A stretch of 64,000 nucleotides of DNA from Bugula neritina (Eukaryota; Animalia; Bryozoa): assembly GCA_964035545.1 (NCBI GenBank), contig OZ037767.1, positions 10,116,581 through 10,180,580 on the forward strand. Reading direction: 5' to 3'. Below are positions 1 through 12,856 of this stretch, in pieces. How positions within the stretch are numbered: the first letter of the stretch is position 1; each line of letters opens with the position of its first letter. Below the pieces are notes generated by a model. It searched no databases and had not been told where the DNA came from. It was given only the letters and a program-made list of their open reading frames with translations. Both the position numbers and the translations under genes were made by a program.

Positions 1-121
1 CTACATAAGCAGATAGCATTTTGTATCCAGGAATTTTACAGCAGCTATAAAAATTAAAAAGAATTTTTCATAAGCACCTGCTATGCTAAATAATAATAGT
101 AGGTTTAGAATAAAGACTTAC

Positions 122-3100
122 AGAGCCTTTCTTCAGGTTTACTTTTGTCCCCTGTATCCCCACCTGATCAGAATGAACATCCATGTCAGGCATATTTACC
201 CAATGACCATACGAATTAACAGCACTCAATCTCACTCTTAGATTTCCCGGATTGCCATGTTTTGGTTCTCTACTCCATGTAGCTTCAAGCATTTCATGAA
301 TCACCGTAGTTCAGATGAAGGCAAATTCAAAAACTAATTATTCAAGACATGATAAATAAAATTGTTTACTTAAAAACAGCTCATTAAATCTACAGTCTAA
401 AATAATATCTCTAATTTTGTACATTCCTAAAGAGTATCTTTAAAAATTAATACTAGTGTAAAAAAGTCAACGTATAAGTATAACCTGAAAAAAACTTTAA
501 GGTTATAAGACTATCACCATTTTCAAAATTTGATTTTAAAGCCAATCTACTAAGCACACACTTTAGATTATCTAAAATAAAATCTACAAGTGCAATTTGA
601 GCAGCCATTTAAAAATGTCAACAATTTCAAAACAGATAAACATAATAATAGGGTTTAGAATCCTGCATTTAGTAAAGCTTTTCGGCAGGAGATGATCATT
701 TGGATAAATTATTGAAAGGTGCAAAAAGAGATTATCAATTTGGAGTTGTCTATTTAAAACTATTAGATGACTGAATTAGGTTTTAGCCTTAGTTCACCAT
801 AACAGTGCTTACTAGTTGGAATAAAACCTCTTCAATTACCTGGCACCCCCTTCTTCATGTTAGCCCAGTGGCCATACAGAACAGCTCTATCACCATGGGC
901 AGTCTTGATTAGCATTGCCCTTTCCCCAGATGACTTTTTTAAAAACAAACAGGAGCTCAGGTTCTGAATCTGTTAACAAATGAACTGCATATAAAATAAT
1001 AGCTAGCACAGTAAGTTGACATGTACAGCAATGGTTTCCTGTCAATGGATTTCACATTATGTAGTATAAACACTCTAGTGGACGTGGGCATACATCATGC
1101 TACCCCTCCCCAACATAATGACATAGCCTATCAAGATGTTTCCCACAGCAGGATATTTTAACAAATGAGTGCCAAGCCTTAAATGAAAAGAGTTGTATAA
1201 ATTCTATAAAAATCATTAGAAATCTAAGCAAGTAATACATCCAGTAGAAGGAAATAATTCATTTTGTACTGAAATATAGCTTTAATGCATAAACTTACAA
1301 AATACGTACTACTAACACAATGTGCTGTAGTGATGAAAGAAAGTTCTAGTCAACTGTGTGAAATCATTCTATAATCTGTTGCAGTAAAGTTATTTCTATC
1401 TGGCTGTTGATAACCAGCAGAGACACAACCAAATGTTTTACAATTGAATTAGCAATAAAAAGTAGTAGTGCATCGTCCACGAACCCTGGCCCAGATAAAA
1501 TGCAGTTCCCAAACCCAGTCTAGTGCAAAAACTTTACATATTCTATGATAATAATTCAATCTAAGAAAATAACACATTCAGCCTACACACTATTAAAAAG
1601 AAAATTACAACTTTTGTACTGGGATGTAGTTTTAATGCATAAACTTCCAAAATACATGTTACCAACGTAATGAAAGTGATGTGAGACAAGTCTAATCAGT
1701 TACATGAAATCATTATATAATCTCTTGTAAAATAATTTTTATCTGGCTGTTGATAACCAACAGAAACATAACTTGAAAATTGGCCAAATTAATGAATCAT
1801 GGCAAGTCGTGCAACTACAATGATTGAGGTGACAATCACCATCACCAAATGACCATTTAAATAAAATGCTTGCTAAGAGGTATTTCAGCCAGAAAATATA
1901 CAAACCACAGAGGAGTGTGAGTCTGGAATCTGGTCTGTGCCTACAAGATGTGATACTGCCATCATCTGATCTCTCAGGAACACCTGGACACAAGACATTA
2001 GCAAAGGCTGGCTGTGAACAACTCTAACTGTAAACATCGCTGTCTCGCTTCCTGGTACCAACAGCCTAAAAATGTATATGCAAATGCAATTTCATTACCA
2101 ACTAAATAGGTTTTACCTTAAAAAAAAAAACATATTAGTCCATTTCACTAATAGTGAAAAGTCATATATTAGGTACTATAGTTTATATAAATTACTGCTT
2201 TGAAAAATATTATAAATATTGCTCAAAATCTAGCAACAATTTAAAAAACATGGCAAAATTCATAAAAGATATTTCTAGCATCTAGTTAACTTTAGAGTAT
2301 AATTGAAAAGCAAACTCTGTTGATTCAAGATCATCCAGTATTTAGCTTACAACTACACAGCTTTAGGACTACTATCTGGAAAAACAAAACTTTAGACAAA
2401 CAAGATTGGTAAATGCTGAACAGAACTCTACTGACTCAAATACAGTCTTAGCTGCTTCAGACTCTACAAACTACTCATTATTACATACTTGTGATTAGCA
2501 ACTGTGCAGTGATTAACAACTCCTGGCGGAAGTCTTCCCAGAGGAACCGGACCCCAGAGAGACTCTACAATCTCTGGCATCACCACATTAGAGAAGAGCC
2601 CAGCCTGTAGCTTTAGTACCACTTTACCCAGTTTGCATGGAGAAACATGTCCTGAAATATAGCAGTTCCATAGAGAACGTAAACTTTAACAAAATCCGAA
2701 GAAGCATAAGCTAGTGGCACAAGGGTCTGTATACACCTTTTAAACTCAGAACATAGAATTTGCATTTTGTAATGTTGAGTTTACTCAGTGGCCCCTGTGG
2801 TGTAAATGATTAGTAAGTCTGTTTGTGAGCAGGTCCCGGGTTAGAATCCCAGTTAGGGCAAAATTATTTTACAAGCTATTTCGGCCTTTAGTGAAGTGTA
2901 GTAGTACTTTGAAGAAGTTGAGAGGTCCAGGCAGCCTGAAGACCAAAGGAGTAGTAGAGAGGCCAGAGAAGTTTTAAGAACTGGGTGGAATGTAGTGTTG
3001 AGTATGCTCAGTAGTCCTTGTGGTGTAATGGTTTTTGTGCTTGGTTGCAAGCTGGAGGTCTCGGGTTTCGAATCCTAGTGAGGGCATCATTATTTTGCAT

Positions 3101-6100
3101 ATTTAGGTGCAGCAGTAGAAAAATTAAGATAGTCTGGGTGCTTTAATTAACTTAATAAATTCTAGCTCGAGGTTATACGGGGTTGAAAATCCTTAAAACG
3201 GATTGAAATTTTCGAGGGACCATATGAAATGGACTTTGAGAGTTGTCATCACTACAAAAACTTCTAGTAACTATGTGATTCATTACTATAACACTTATGG
3301 TGTGTCTTTTTGAATGCTGTAAAGTTTATAGCTAAGCTTTTGGCGTAACTTTCTAATGCTTTAAATATTGTAATTATTGCTGAGCTTTCCGAGTAGTGAA
3401 TAGTTTATTCATATTTTAATTTACGACTGCACACCTTTAATTTTGTTTCATTTTTGCTTACTCATTGCAAATCAGTCTCGGTCGAAGTTCGGCTTGTCAG
3501 TTGACCGACATTCCAATGTCGGTCACCCAAAACTCCGACATTCCGAACTTCTGCCGATTTTCAATCAAAGATTCTATAGAATGTCCTTTGTGTTAGTAAA
3601 AAGGAGGCGAGTTTCAAGCTAGTAAATCAGTTGAAGATTGGAGCTCTTACTAGAAGAAACTATGCTACATAATAAATCTCACTTTTATCGCACCACACAA
3701 GACTCTCTCATCTCTTACCACTTGCAAGGAGTTATATTATCTGGTATGATTACATTAAAACCCACAAGTTACTACACATTAATTCTTTTGCTACATTTCT
3801 TATCTAGAACACATGTTTTTCCTAAATTTCTCTATTACTGCACCTATAAAATTGAAATTTATAGTAACAAATTATTACTATTTCAATCTCAATTTCAGTT
3901 ATTAATAATGGAAAGTGAACAAACCCATACCATTAACAATAAGTGATGAATCCCCCAGATTTGCGTTAATATTGATCTTATAAGGCTCTACTCTTTCAAG
4001 ACTCATGTACCGAGCGAGGTCGATAGTTGCACGTCCCAATTCGTCAGCAGATTGGCGGGATCCCTTTTTAGATCGAGTGAGAGATAACGTGAGCTTTTTC
4101 CCGTAATCTTCATGTGAAGTGAACACTCTCTAAACAGGATAGATAGCATTGGTTTTGGCATATATTACCAAACTGTAATAGTAGTTATACATTATCAAGT
4201 TTCATTGCCATATAAAAATTGCTCAAATTGACCCACAACAGAATTACCTATCACCATTATTTAAACAAGTTTTGTTATGTCAACATTATGATGGTGTTCT
4301 ACATTTTCTGAGTACAAGTTGACAATACTTCTACATTACAATATGGTAATGTTGAGAGGACAACTACTACTCTAGCACAGTTAGTACTACTCTTCAATTT
4401 AATTTGCAATTATAGCTATTTCCCCAGCTTCATTTTAGGCTAGAATAGAGATCATATTGTAAATTTGCATATAAGTTTTTGCAGTTATGTTAAATAGTAC
4501 TATAAGATTTGACGCATCAGCTTAATAAAAACCACCATGTTTTTTCAAGTATAGTTTTGAAAGTAGCTTAGAAATGGTGCTTTGTAGTGTCAAAAGTGAG
4601 CATGTAACTACTACAATAACGCTATTTCAATGAAAACTGGGCGTAACCTAACATGCATATAAAACAGGGGTGTCCAGCCTCTTTAGACCGAAGGCAGCCC
4701 TGATATAAAATAGGTGAAAGCCTGCTGGGCAAGATGTATTTTCCTAATAGCAGTTAGTTGGTGGTAAACACTAGAATATTACATATGATGATGCAACAGG
4801 AAACATTCTCACCTTGAAAGGTTGAAAATTGAACTCATTGCTGGAAGCAGTTCGCGTTGCTTTTAGCTTCATAATCCCTTCTCTTTCCAGATAAAAATCA
4901 ATGTACATTTTTTTAGCATATTTGCTGACAGCTTGAAGGTTGTTTAGCTCCATTGTAAACAGAAGATTCGCCCCAACTACATTCTAGAAAAAAATTCCAG
5001 AAAGAACATTCTAGAAACATATAGGACACTTAGCATGCGCCAAGTTCTCACTGAGACACAGTTAAAAATAAAACCAAAGAATTCGACTATCAGTAATAAA
5101 ATAGTCTGATCTTTGAGACCAATGAATATAAGAGTTCAGAACAAGTGTGTAGATTATTCATGTCAACTAATGCACCTAGTAGCTGCATTATACTCCTGTG
5201 TGCCATTTTTAAACTTTTTATTATATCAAAATCCAGCTCAACCTCTAAGTATAGGCATCTGTTATACCTACTTGTAAGAGTTGTCTAAAGTTTGGTGAAC
5301 CCTTGTGATATATTCTTTAGATTTTGAATATAGTTTGAAAATCATGAAGAATTACGAACTGAGGTTTTTTAAATTTAATATGAGATCAAAAATTGCAGCT
5401 CCCAGCTCATATGAATTATAAGGAAATTATTATATAAACTTGGTTAATAAATTATCTAATGTTGACCTTGGCTGCCATTCCTTACAAACTATAATACTAT
5501 ATAAAGGCTAACAAGTACACAAGTACAGCCACCCATTCAGGACTACAATAAGAAAGGTAAAGAACAAAGACTAAGGAGTGTAATAACATGTAACCGAATA
5601 TATTTACATCCTGTGGAGCCAAGACAGCGAGTTTACCAGCTGGAGACACACCCCGGTACATGGCACCACTCAGTCCAAAGGGCTGATCATACGTTTGCTG
5701 CCACAGCTGTTTAGTTGTCTCTTCAGACTGCGTAAGGTGTGAGTCAGCACTTCTATCAGTAAGATTGTCATCATGGTTGAATATCTACACATGTAAATAC
5801 AACGATGAATGATAGAGACACAGATGTGAGTATATGGAAATAGTAGTGTTATATTTACTATAACTATACTGGAATATTAACCAAACTGAAACTCTACTGT
5901 TTGGAAAAACAGACTAGCCTATTTTATCTATATAACAAGTTAGACATTGCTAGTTGCAACTAAAACACATGGTAATCTTAAATATAATATTTTTAGTTAC
6001 TTGAGAGCAACACAAAATCACACTACATGTCCGTGATTATGATCAACATCAAGTGGTACAGCATTGATGCACACAGAAAACAATGTTTCTATCTGTTTGG

Positions 6101-9100
6101 AGACGGTACACTCAACACACTTACTCTGCCAAAGTACTGCGTTGTGTCCTTCTTGTATAAGTGAGGATGCAGCTGGTGGGTGTGCCATGCCAAGTCTATG
6201 TCATAGCAAGGCACCAGAAAAGCGTTGGGGTGAAATGTTTTAAGCTGTAGCATCATCTACAAGTACACAACATCATGTTTCTGCGTGAGATTAGAGCTTC
6301 TTCATATACAATCTCAATATGAAGTTGAGAAACGCCTGTGTTCTAGATTAGAAATGTAGCATAAGAAGTTATGTTCTCAGGAGAATTTCAACCCTCGCCC
6401 CAAACTACAATTTGATGATAAAATTAAAGAACTTAGGCTATCTCAATTTCTCTACTACTGCATCCAAATGACTTAATTCAGCAGAGGATTTAGGCTAATA
6501 GCCTTCTGGAGTTTGTTATTGCTGTAACATGATTGAGTAAGTATGCGGGAATATGAAGGCTTAGAGTGAGCCAATCTGTGGCATGCAACATGAGAAAACT
6601 AGGTTTAGCTGTGGTTCTTTGAAACATGACTGCACATGTATGTAGATTAGTTGGAAGAAAAACTTCCTTAAATTTCATGAAAAACATAGGTACATAAACA
6701 TATTATATATCCAGTACAATTTTCTTGACTTGAGTGTAGGCCTATATCACAGTGAATACTATAGATTGTAATAGTAAAAGACAAATATAAAAAATCAATA
6801 TTACATTACCTTATATCTGTGTATAGCATTAGAGAGGAACTTCCAGTCATCATAATGAGGTAAACTGACATTGTAGTAGAAAGTTCCCTGTCTCTCAGCT
6901 GCTCCAACCAAGTCGTATGAAAGTTGTGACTTATAGCCTGAGGAATCATTAAACTCAGTCACAACTGTGGGGTTCAGCTCCAAGGGCTCATCCTGCAATT
7001 ATGAATCAGTGCTATTTCCTTACCAAATTTCTCATGTGTGTTAGGAATCAACTAAAAAGAGGTGCAAGTCATTAGAGTGGTGAACTGCATGCTGAGTGAT
7101 AATCATGTGATAAAGCGATCCTTCACTAAAAACGTACTTCGTTTAATTAATTCTTGCTGTAATGTGTTTGTCACCACACCGACAGTAACAATAATGTCAA
7201 TTTAAACTCAAAATTTTTGTTTTGTTAGTTATTTTGCATAAACTATTAGAGTTTCTCATTTTCAAACTTTACTTGCAAACTGTAGTTTCGTTCCAGTTTT
7301 AAGGTCAAGTAGTTGAAACTGTTTATTACATCATAAACATAAAATAAACACAATTATAATACTTTTAACTTCCTTGAAATAAAATTGGCCAGGTATAACT
7401 TAAATTCATGAACACAGAAGAGGTAATTTAATTATAACAATTTTAAGTTCGACAGGATAAAGCTTAACCATGAGCAAAATAGCAAAATATATCTAGCACC
7501 AACCATGAGTACAGCCAAGCACAATTTACAATAAACAGGTTGCACTAAACAGGCATTTGTAAAAGAACTATTGTAAATTATGAAAAGATTCCATTCTGGT
7601 ATTATGTAAAGGAATTATATGTATTGTGAATTATTATGATGGAGCATTTGTAAATTGATCAGCTATTATACTATTAATAAACTGTAAGTCAACATACATG
7701 TACTAGCAATCATATTACAATCACTACATCTGCATGCTTCCATTATGTAAACAGATTTTTTATACTTGCAAATGTTTCATTCCAATGAAGCCTCAACCCA
7801 TAGGGTAACAATTCATCAAAATGGTTCTTTAGAATGAAAATGGCAGATAGCAGTGGTTATAGTTACATATATAATTGGTGCGAAATGTAAGAAATGTAGT
7901 AATATAACAATATAAGTATATATGAATATTTTATATTCTATAAGTTATAGCCTACAGCTTGAAATTCGTTCAATTGAATATTGGCCATGTTTGTTTACAT
8001 TTACTGCATCCCAACGCTTCCCATTATCCAATGAATATTTATTTGATGCATTGAGACAATGTGAATCAAATGGAACTACAACCAAAACCCTTTTTTAGGA
8101 GCATATAATCCTGCATGGATCCATTCGTAGCATGGGAACCCAGTGACTAGGATGCAGTAACCGGATTGAACTTATGGCTAGCAAATTTCAAGGGGTGAAC
8201 AGTTTGAAATTGCTATCTTTTAAGAAAAGACAACTTTGTATGGATGGATCCTAGGAACATGTGGTCTTTTATTAGGATGTAACCCATACAAGAATCCATT
8301 CAATGTATGAAAACATAGAGAATAAGAAATTCAGTTGCAGCTTAGTTATTTGTAGAAATGCATGTATTTTGTTTTTAAAGCTTCTGTCACAAGTTAAATA
8401 GATGAAGTTACTCCAAGAATTGTTTAAAAAAGAAAAGTGTCGTATGATTTAGGAGAATATCGCAGCAAATATTCAATGTGTGTGAGTTTTAATTTTGAAA
8501 AACTTTGTTCACCCAAGAAAGAAATTTTAAATTTTATTGTCTTGGCATAGATTTAAAATGTGTGATTTTCATTTTTCTTTTGAGCTTACCTTTGGGGCAA
8601 ATTTTTCCCACATATTTCTGATCTCATCAGATATTGCATAAGATCCATTTATGAAAACATTCGGTTGGTATAACATAGTATGATCAGGGATCATACCAAT
8701 TACTTCTTCACAGTCTTTGTGGTAAGCCAATGGTGCAAGCATATGGCAATGCCATACCCACTCTATATCTATGGGAGCACCTTGTATGGGATGCTTCGTA
8801 TTCGAACTTTTGATGGCAGGTAAAAATATTTTTTCATACCTATACAAGCCAAACAGTGAAACATTAAATAACAGCTAGTGGTAAATTACTATGTTGAAAT
8901 ATGTCAGTAGTCCCCTAGTGTAATGGCTAGCATGATAGCTTGCAAGTTGTAGAACTATAGTTTGATTCCTGGCAGGAAATTATGTAAGGAAACATAAAGA
9001 TTGGGATAACTCTCTAAACTTCTCTAAACTTATTTTAAATGGCTATTATAGAACTTAAATCTAGTTACAGTCAACTGCTCTACTAATATCTTGTATTTGA

Positions 9101-9317
9101 AAAATGTTGAAAGACTCAAAAACTTTACACTGTTTTACCTTAATTGCTTTTCTCACCTACGAATAGCATTCGTCAAGACTGGTCCAGGTGTGAACAGTTT
9201 AGGGTACTTGGATATGATTTTTAAAAACAGTAGCTCATTTCTCATAGCCACAACATGATTGTTGTTTGTAAGAGACAATGGCACTTGATGGGCTCTATCA
9301 ACATATGGGTGAGTCAT
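122..9317 (-). CDS. Glycine-rich domain-containing protein-like gene (GRDP/DUF1399 family), at least 11 coding exons, 3' end uncertain or off-window
   Basis: Exons join in frame at about 9157-9317 (MTHPYVDRAHQ...NAIR), 8590-8839 (RYEKIFLP...PIDIEWVWHCHMLAPLAY), 6810-6993 (LVGAAERQGTFYYNVSLPHY...AIHRYK), 6125-6256 (FLVPCYDIDLAWHTHQLHP..Y), 5608-5784 (NHDD...GAMYRG), 4813-4983, 3931-4129, 2489-2651, 1905-2065, 840-970 and 122-283. The twin P.D..W.H.H.L.P..Y motifs and GAMYRG are DUF1399/GRDP hallmarks. Confidence 0.85.
1248..1775. repeat. Local diverged direct duplication (about 180 bp units) in a GRDP intron
   Basis: 1248-1430 and about 1598-1775 share ttttgtactg..., tttaatgcataaactt.caaaatac, tgaaatcatt.tataatct and tatctggctgttgataacca.cag. 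Confidence 0.8.
2785..2872 (+). mobile_element. tRNA-derived short repeat, family 1
   Basis: cagtggcccctgtggtgtaaatg (A-box-like) ... gggttagaatccc (B-box-like) ... agggcaaaattatttta; homologous to copies at 3009, 8906, 23123 and 46159. Confidence 0.6.
3009..3098 (+). mobile_element. tRNA-derived short repeat, family 1
   Basis: cagtagtccttgtggtgtaatgg ... ttgcaagctggaggtctcgggtttcgaatcc ... gagggc. Confidence 0.7.
3466..3563. repeat. Nested foldback/inverted repeat (about 100 bp)
   Basis: Perfect inner hairpin tgaccgacatt-cc-aatgtcggtca; imperfect outer arms tcggtcgaagttcgg / ccgaacttctgccga. Confidence 0.75.
6325..6470 (+). repeat. Dispersed repeat (MITE-like), with related copies at about 29130-29270 (+), 41980-42050 (+), 3100-3190 (-) and 36545-36595 (-)
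   Basis: Shared ctgtgttcta.attagaaatgtagca.aagaagt.at.ttctca..agaattt.aaccct.gcc.caaac ... aacttaggctatct. Confidence 0.7.
8906..8978 (+). mobile_element. tRNA-derived short repeat, family 1 (decayed)
   Basis: cagtagtcccctagtgtaatggctag...agcttgcaag...agtttgattcct. Confidence 0.5.
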
Positions 9318-10399
9318 TGTATACAGTCAGAGTCCTGGACGATATTCTGCAAATTACATCATATTATCCATGGAACATATGAGTCATTAGATAACCATGG
9401 TTTCAAGTAAAGAAGTTAACATTTCTAAAGGAAGCATGTAGATGAAACCAGAGGTAACTTAGCTAAATTTATAATGCAAAAGTTATTGCTTTGTACACAA
9501 ATATTAACTTTAATTGAAATAAAAGCAAATAAAATGGAGCATTTGCACCAATTGAGTAATTTAATGATTAGGTTCAGGTTTACGGTGTGTTCTGTGTGAC
9601 CGGTACTATCAGTATCACTGTAACCTATATAAAGTCTCAGTTTGTTGCTGGTTAGTTATCAATTCTTAGTAAGTTTACAAAACACAATGTGTACAATAAA
9701 GTAATATAAAAGTAATACATACCCGATAACTTACCATTTTATTGATAATATTATTATCATGCTTATCACAGTAGCCATTCAAAATAGCTAGCATTATAAT
9801 TATTATTTAGATCACCACCAGTTTCACTAATACCAATACCTAACATCGTAATAAATTTAATACAAGTGATGTGATTACATTAGTTTCAAGTTAAAATAAC
9901 AAATTCAAAATAGTAAACATACATACCTATATAGTAATAATTACACATACACTCTCATTTCTGTTATTTGAGTGAGGTACCAGTAGCAGCTGCTAGACCT
10001 AACCCAAAGGTAATAAAGTATTGATGTGTGTAAGTTACTTATAGAGCTCTGTAAATATAAAATGAATTCAAGCTATAGCTCAATAGCATGGATGAAGCTC
10101 TTATTGTTTTATTGAAACAAAAAGCTAATTCAAATTTATTGGTTGTACAATCATGAGTAGAATAATGCCTGTTGAAAGAGTTTATTAATTGCATCATAAG
10201 TGTGCATGAAACTTCCTGTTACGCTGAAGTATAAACAAATGTAAAAGAAATAAAGATGAATAAAATGCACTGTAGTATCATTCTAGGTAGTCCTGGAGCC
10301 ATAATGGTGGTTTATGAGCTCTAGTAGACCCTCTGTAAATCTATATTCTATACTGTCATCAGTTGATTCAAGATGGACAGCTGGCGCTGTTAGTTCTGT

Positions 10400-11600
10400 T
10401 TGCTTGTCACCTGCTATGGTATCTGCTCACACTTCAACATGGCCAGGTTGATGAAAAGATCTGGTGTCATTTCAATTGCTATGGCTCTTATTGTACAGCA
10501 TATTATGATCAGAACTTCTTTTCTGCAACACCTTCTTGACACCTGCGCCTGTGATTGTTCAAGTCCCAAACCAGGACTGGCTGTCTATGTTGAAGAATTT
10601 TGATAGATATTTTGCTGACTTACTATATTGAGATTGTAACTTCTTTTTTCTAGCTTTTATATATCTTTGATGAATACTATCTAACTGATCAAACAAAAGT
10701 TGGGGTAATGTTGTCCTGGTTGAACGTCCAAGAAGTTCTTGTATTGCTATAACTGTTTTAAGTACTTTAGTATAAGCAAAATAGTTAATTACCTAATGGC
10801 TTAGCTTTAAGTTGGTAATATTTACTGTAAATAAATAGCAATAATAGATTACCTTTTTTAAAGTGTAATCGGCCAGAGAACAGGTATTTTGGCGGCTGTC
10901 TACTCTGAAAATTTCAGTTTCACTTTTTCTCTTTAAAATCTAATTTTAATGATCTTCTAAACGCTTCGTCTGTAGATATATATCCAAAAAGAGATTTAGT
11001 AAACAGAGTAAGCTTTTGATCCAGTACTATAAAAAGAGGAGAAGGTTGGGGTTACAGTCTATGTGTATATAGTATGTTTTCATCCAATAATAGAAAGAGG
11101 AGGTAGCCATGCATAAACTTTATTGATGTGTATCATATTACATAACTACTCCTGTAATAATAGTAGTAGATAGTCTTTCATTGTTGGTAGGCTTTGTTGT
11201 TCCTGTCATCATCAGATGAAATGTATTTCAAATTATCTCTAATCATTTTTCTGTATTTTAAAAGTTCTGATTCCGGGTCTCTACATCTGCACAAATGTGA
11301 TTAGCAATTTTTACAGCTAATTGTACAAGTTCATGTGGTGAGCTACTTGTATGCTTAAAGTTCCAAGTTTTGCTGAATTTAAAGAATAAGGATAGCACAA
11401 TTTCCAGAATGCCCAGCCTACAGCTGATGTATTTTCTCAACCTATTACTAATTTTCACTGTTTCTTCACTTTGTAAAATTTCATATTCAAAATTGCCAGC
11501 AGCTAGTATAGTCTACTGGAACTAGAAAATGGCCACCGCATTGTTCCAAAAGATTCACATACAATGAGATCATAATGTTTCTGTTGGGACTTTCGATGAT
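10400..11600 (-). mobile_element. Degenerate Gypsy-type LTR retrotransposon integrase remnant
   Basis: Minus-strand fragments RLGILEIVLS and FSKTWNFKHTSSSPH (Gypsy integrase F...W.F.H..SSP motif), and ELLGRSTRTTLP at about 10705-10745; interrupted by stops and frameshifts; boundaries approximate. Confidence 0.6.
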
Positions 11601-12856
11601 CATTGAAAGCTTTTGCTACATTATGCTCTAAAAGCGTCTGCTGGTATAATTATAAGGCTAGACTTGTCAAAGTATAGTAGTTATTTAGTATTAGTTAAAA
11701 TTTTCTTCATTCAGATGATCAAACACAGTCTATTGGTCAGTTCCTCAGTCAAATCCTTCGTCTAGCTTGGGCGGAGTAGTAAACCTTTAACAGCTTCATC
11801 ATAAATGTACTATCTAACACTTTCCTACTTTTTTCATCTATGCATCGTGGGTAGTAGCTGCAGCTGTAGCATCACACCAGAGTTTTATTACCTCAATTCC
11901 GACATTCTACTGACTATTTTCCATTGAGGTAGGCTCGTCACCCCCAAGTTTTTAAATGTGTTTTACTAGTTTTATCTCTCTCCTTTTCTTATTTTATACA
12001 CACACATGTTTGCACACACAAAATTGATTAATGAGTAACTGTCCATCTTGGATGGTGCAAATTATCTGTTTTTTTTTTATAAATGTGTAGATCGTTACTG
12101 AAAATAGATATTATAGACTTTACCAACACATAGTCATTTACAGTGGAACCCATTTTGACTTGCTATTCTACATTTAAATTACAAAAACAAAATTAAATGT
12201 CAATAGCCTAAGTATTTTATTTTTCTGCTGTTTTGAAGCAGCCAATTCAAGTCTTGTGAATGCATAAACTTCTTTACGTACATCAGGGAAAGCACATATT
12301 AATTTTTTTTTCAAATTTCTCCTTCACTGCCCTTATAAACCTCTGAGTGTAGTTTTGAAGAATCATGTTGGAAATTGTTTTCAACGTGCCTGGTCAGAAG
12401 CACCTGTGGTAGATAAACGCAGCATGGTAAACATTGGCCAAACATCAGATTGCAAATATATTTACGTACGTAAACCATCATTATAAAATTGGTCACCTCT
12501 TATAGAACTCATGCAGGTAACAGCAAAATAAACTTGAATTTAATTAGTTTTTTATTTTAATGTAAGAAAATATCAAATATACTGTTTTTGTCAGTTCCCA
12601 TATAACTTGATGCAACTGTAAATTTCTTTTACAAAAAACTTGTAAATTATAAATAGTATAAAACTGTCTACTTACGATTTAATAAATAACACAATATACT
12701 TTGGCATAGATTGGAGATAAAAAAGATTGAATTTACAATGATTGGCTTCAATTTTAACAAAACAATATCCAAGTATTTTGGCAGCTAACGAACATATTTT
12801 TTCTAAATCCTAGCGTATTTTAGTGAGTCAAGTTGGAAGACTAGAAACTGTCTTTG

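Noticed and set aside
10800-11250. Possible piggyBac-like transposase fragment nested in the Gypsy remnant
   Set aside because: Only a vague resemblance; no motif could be read confidently.
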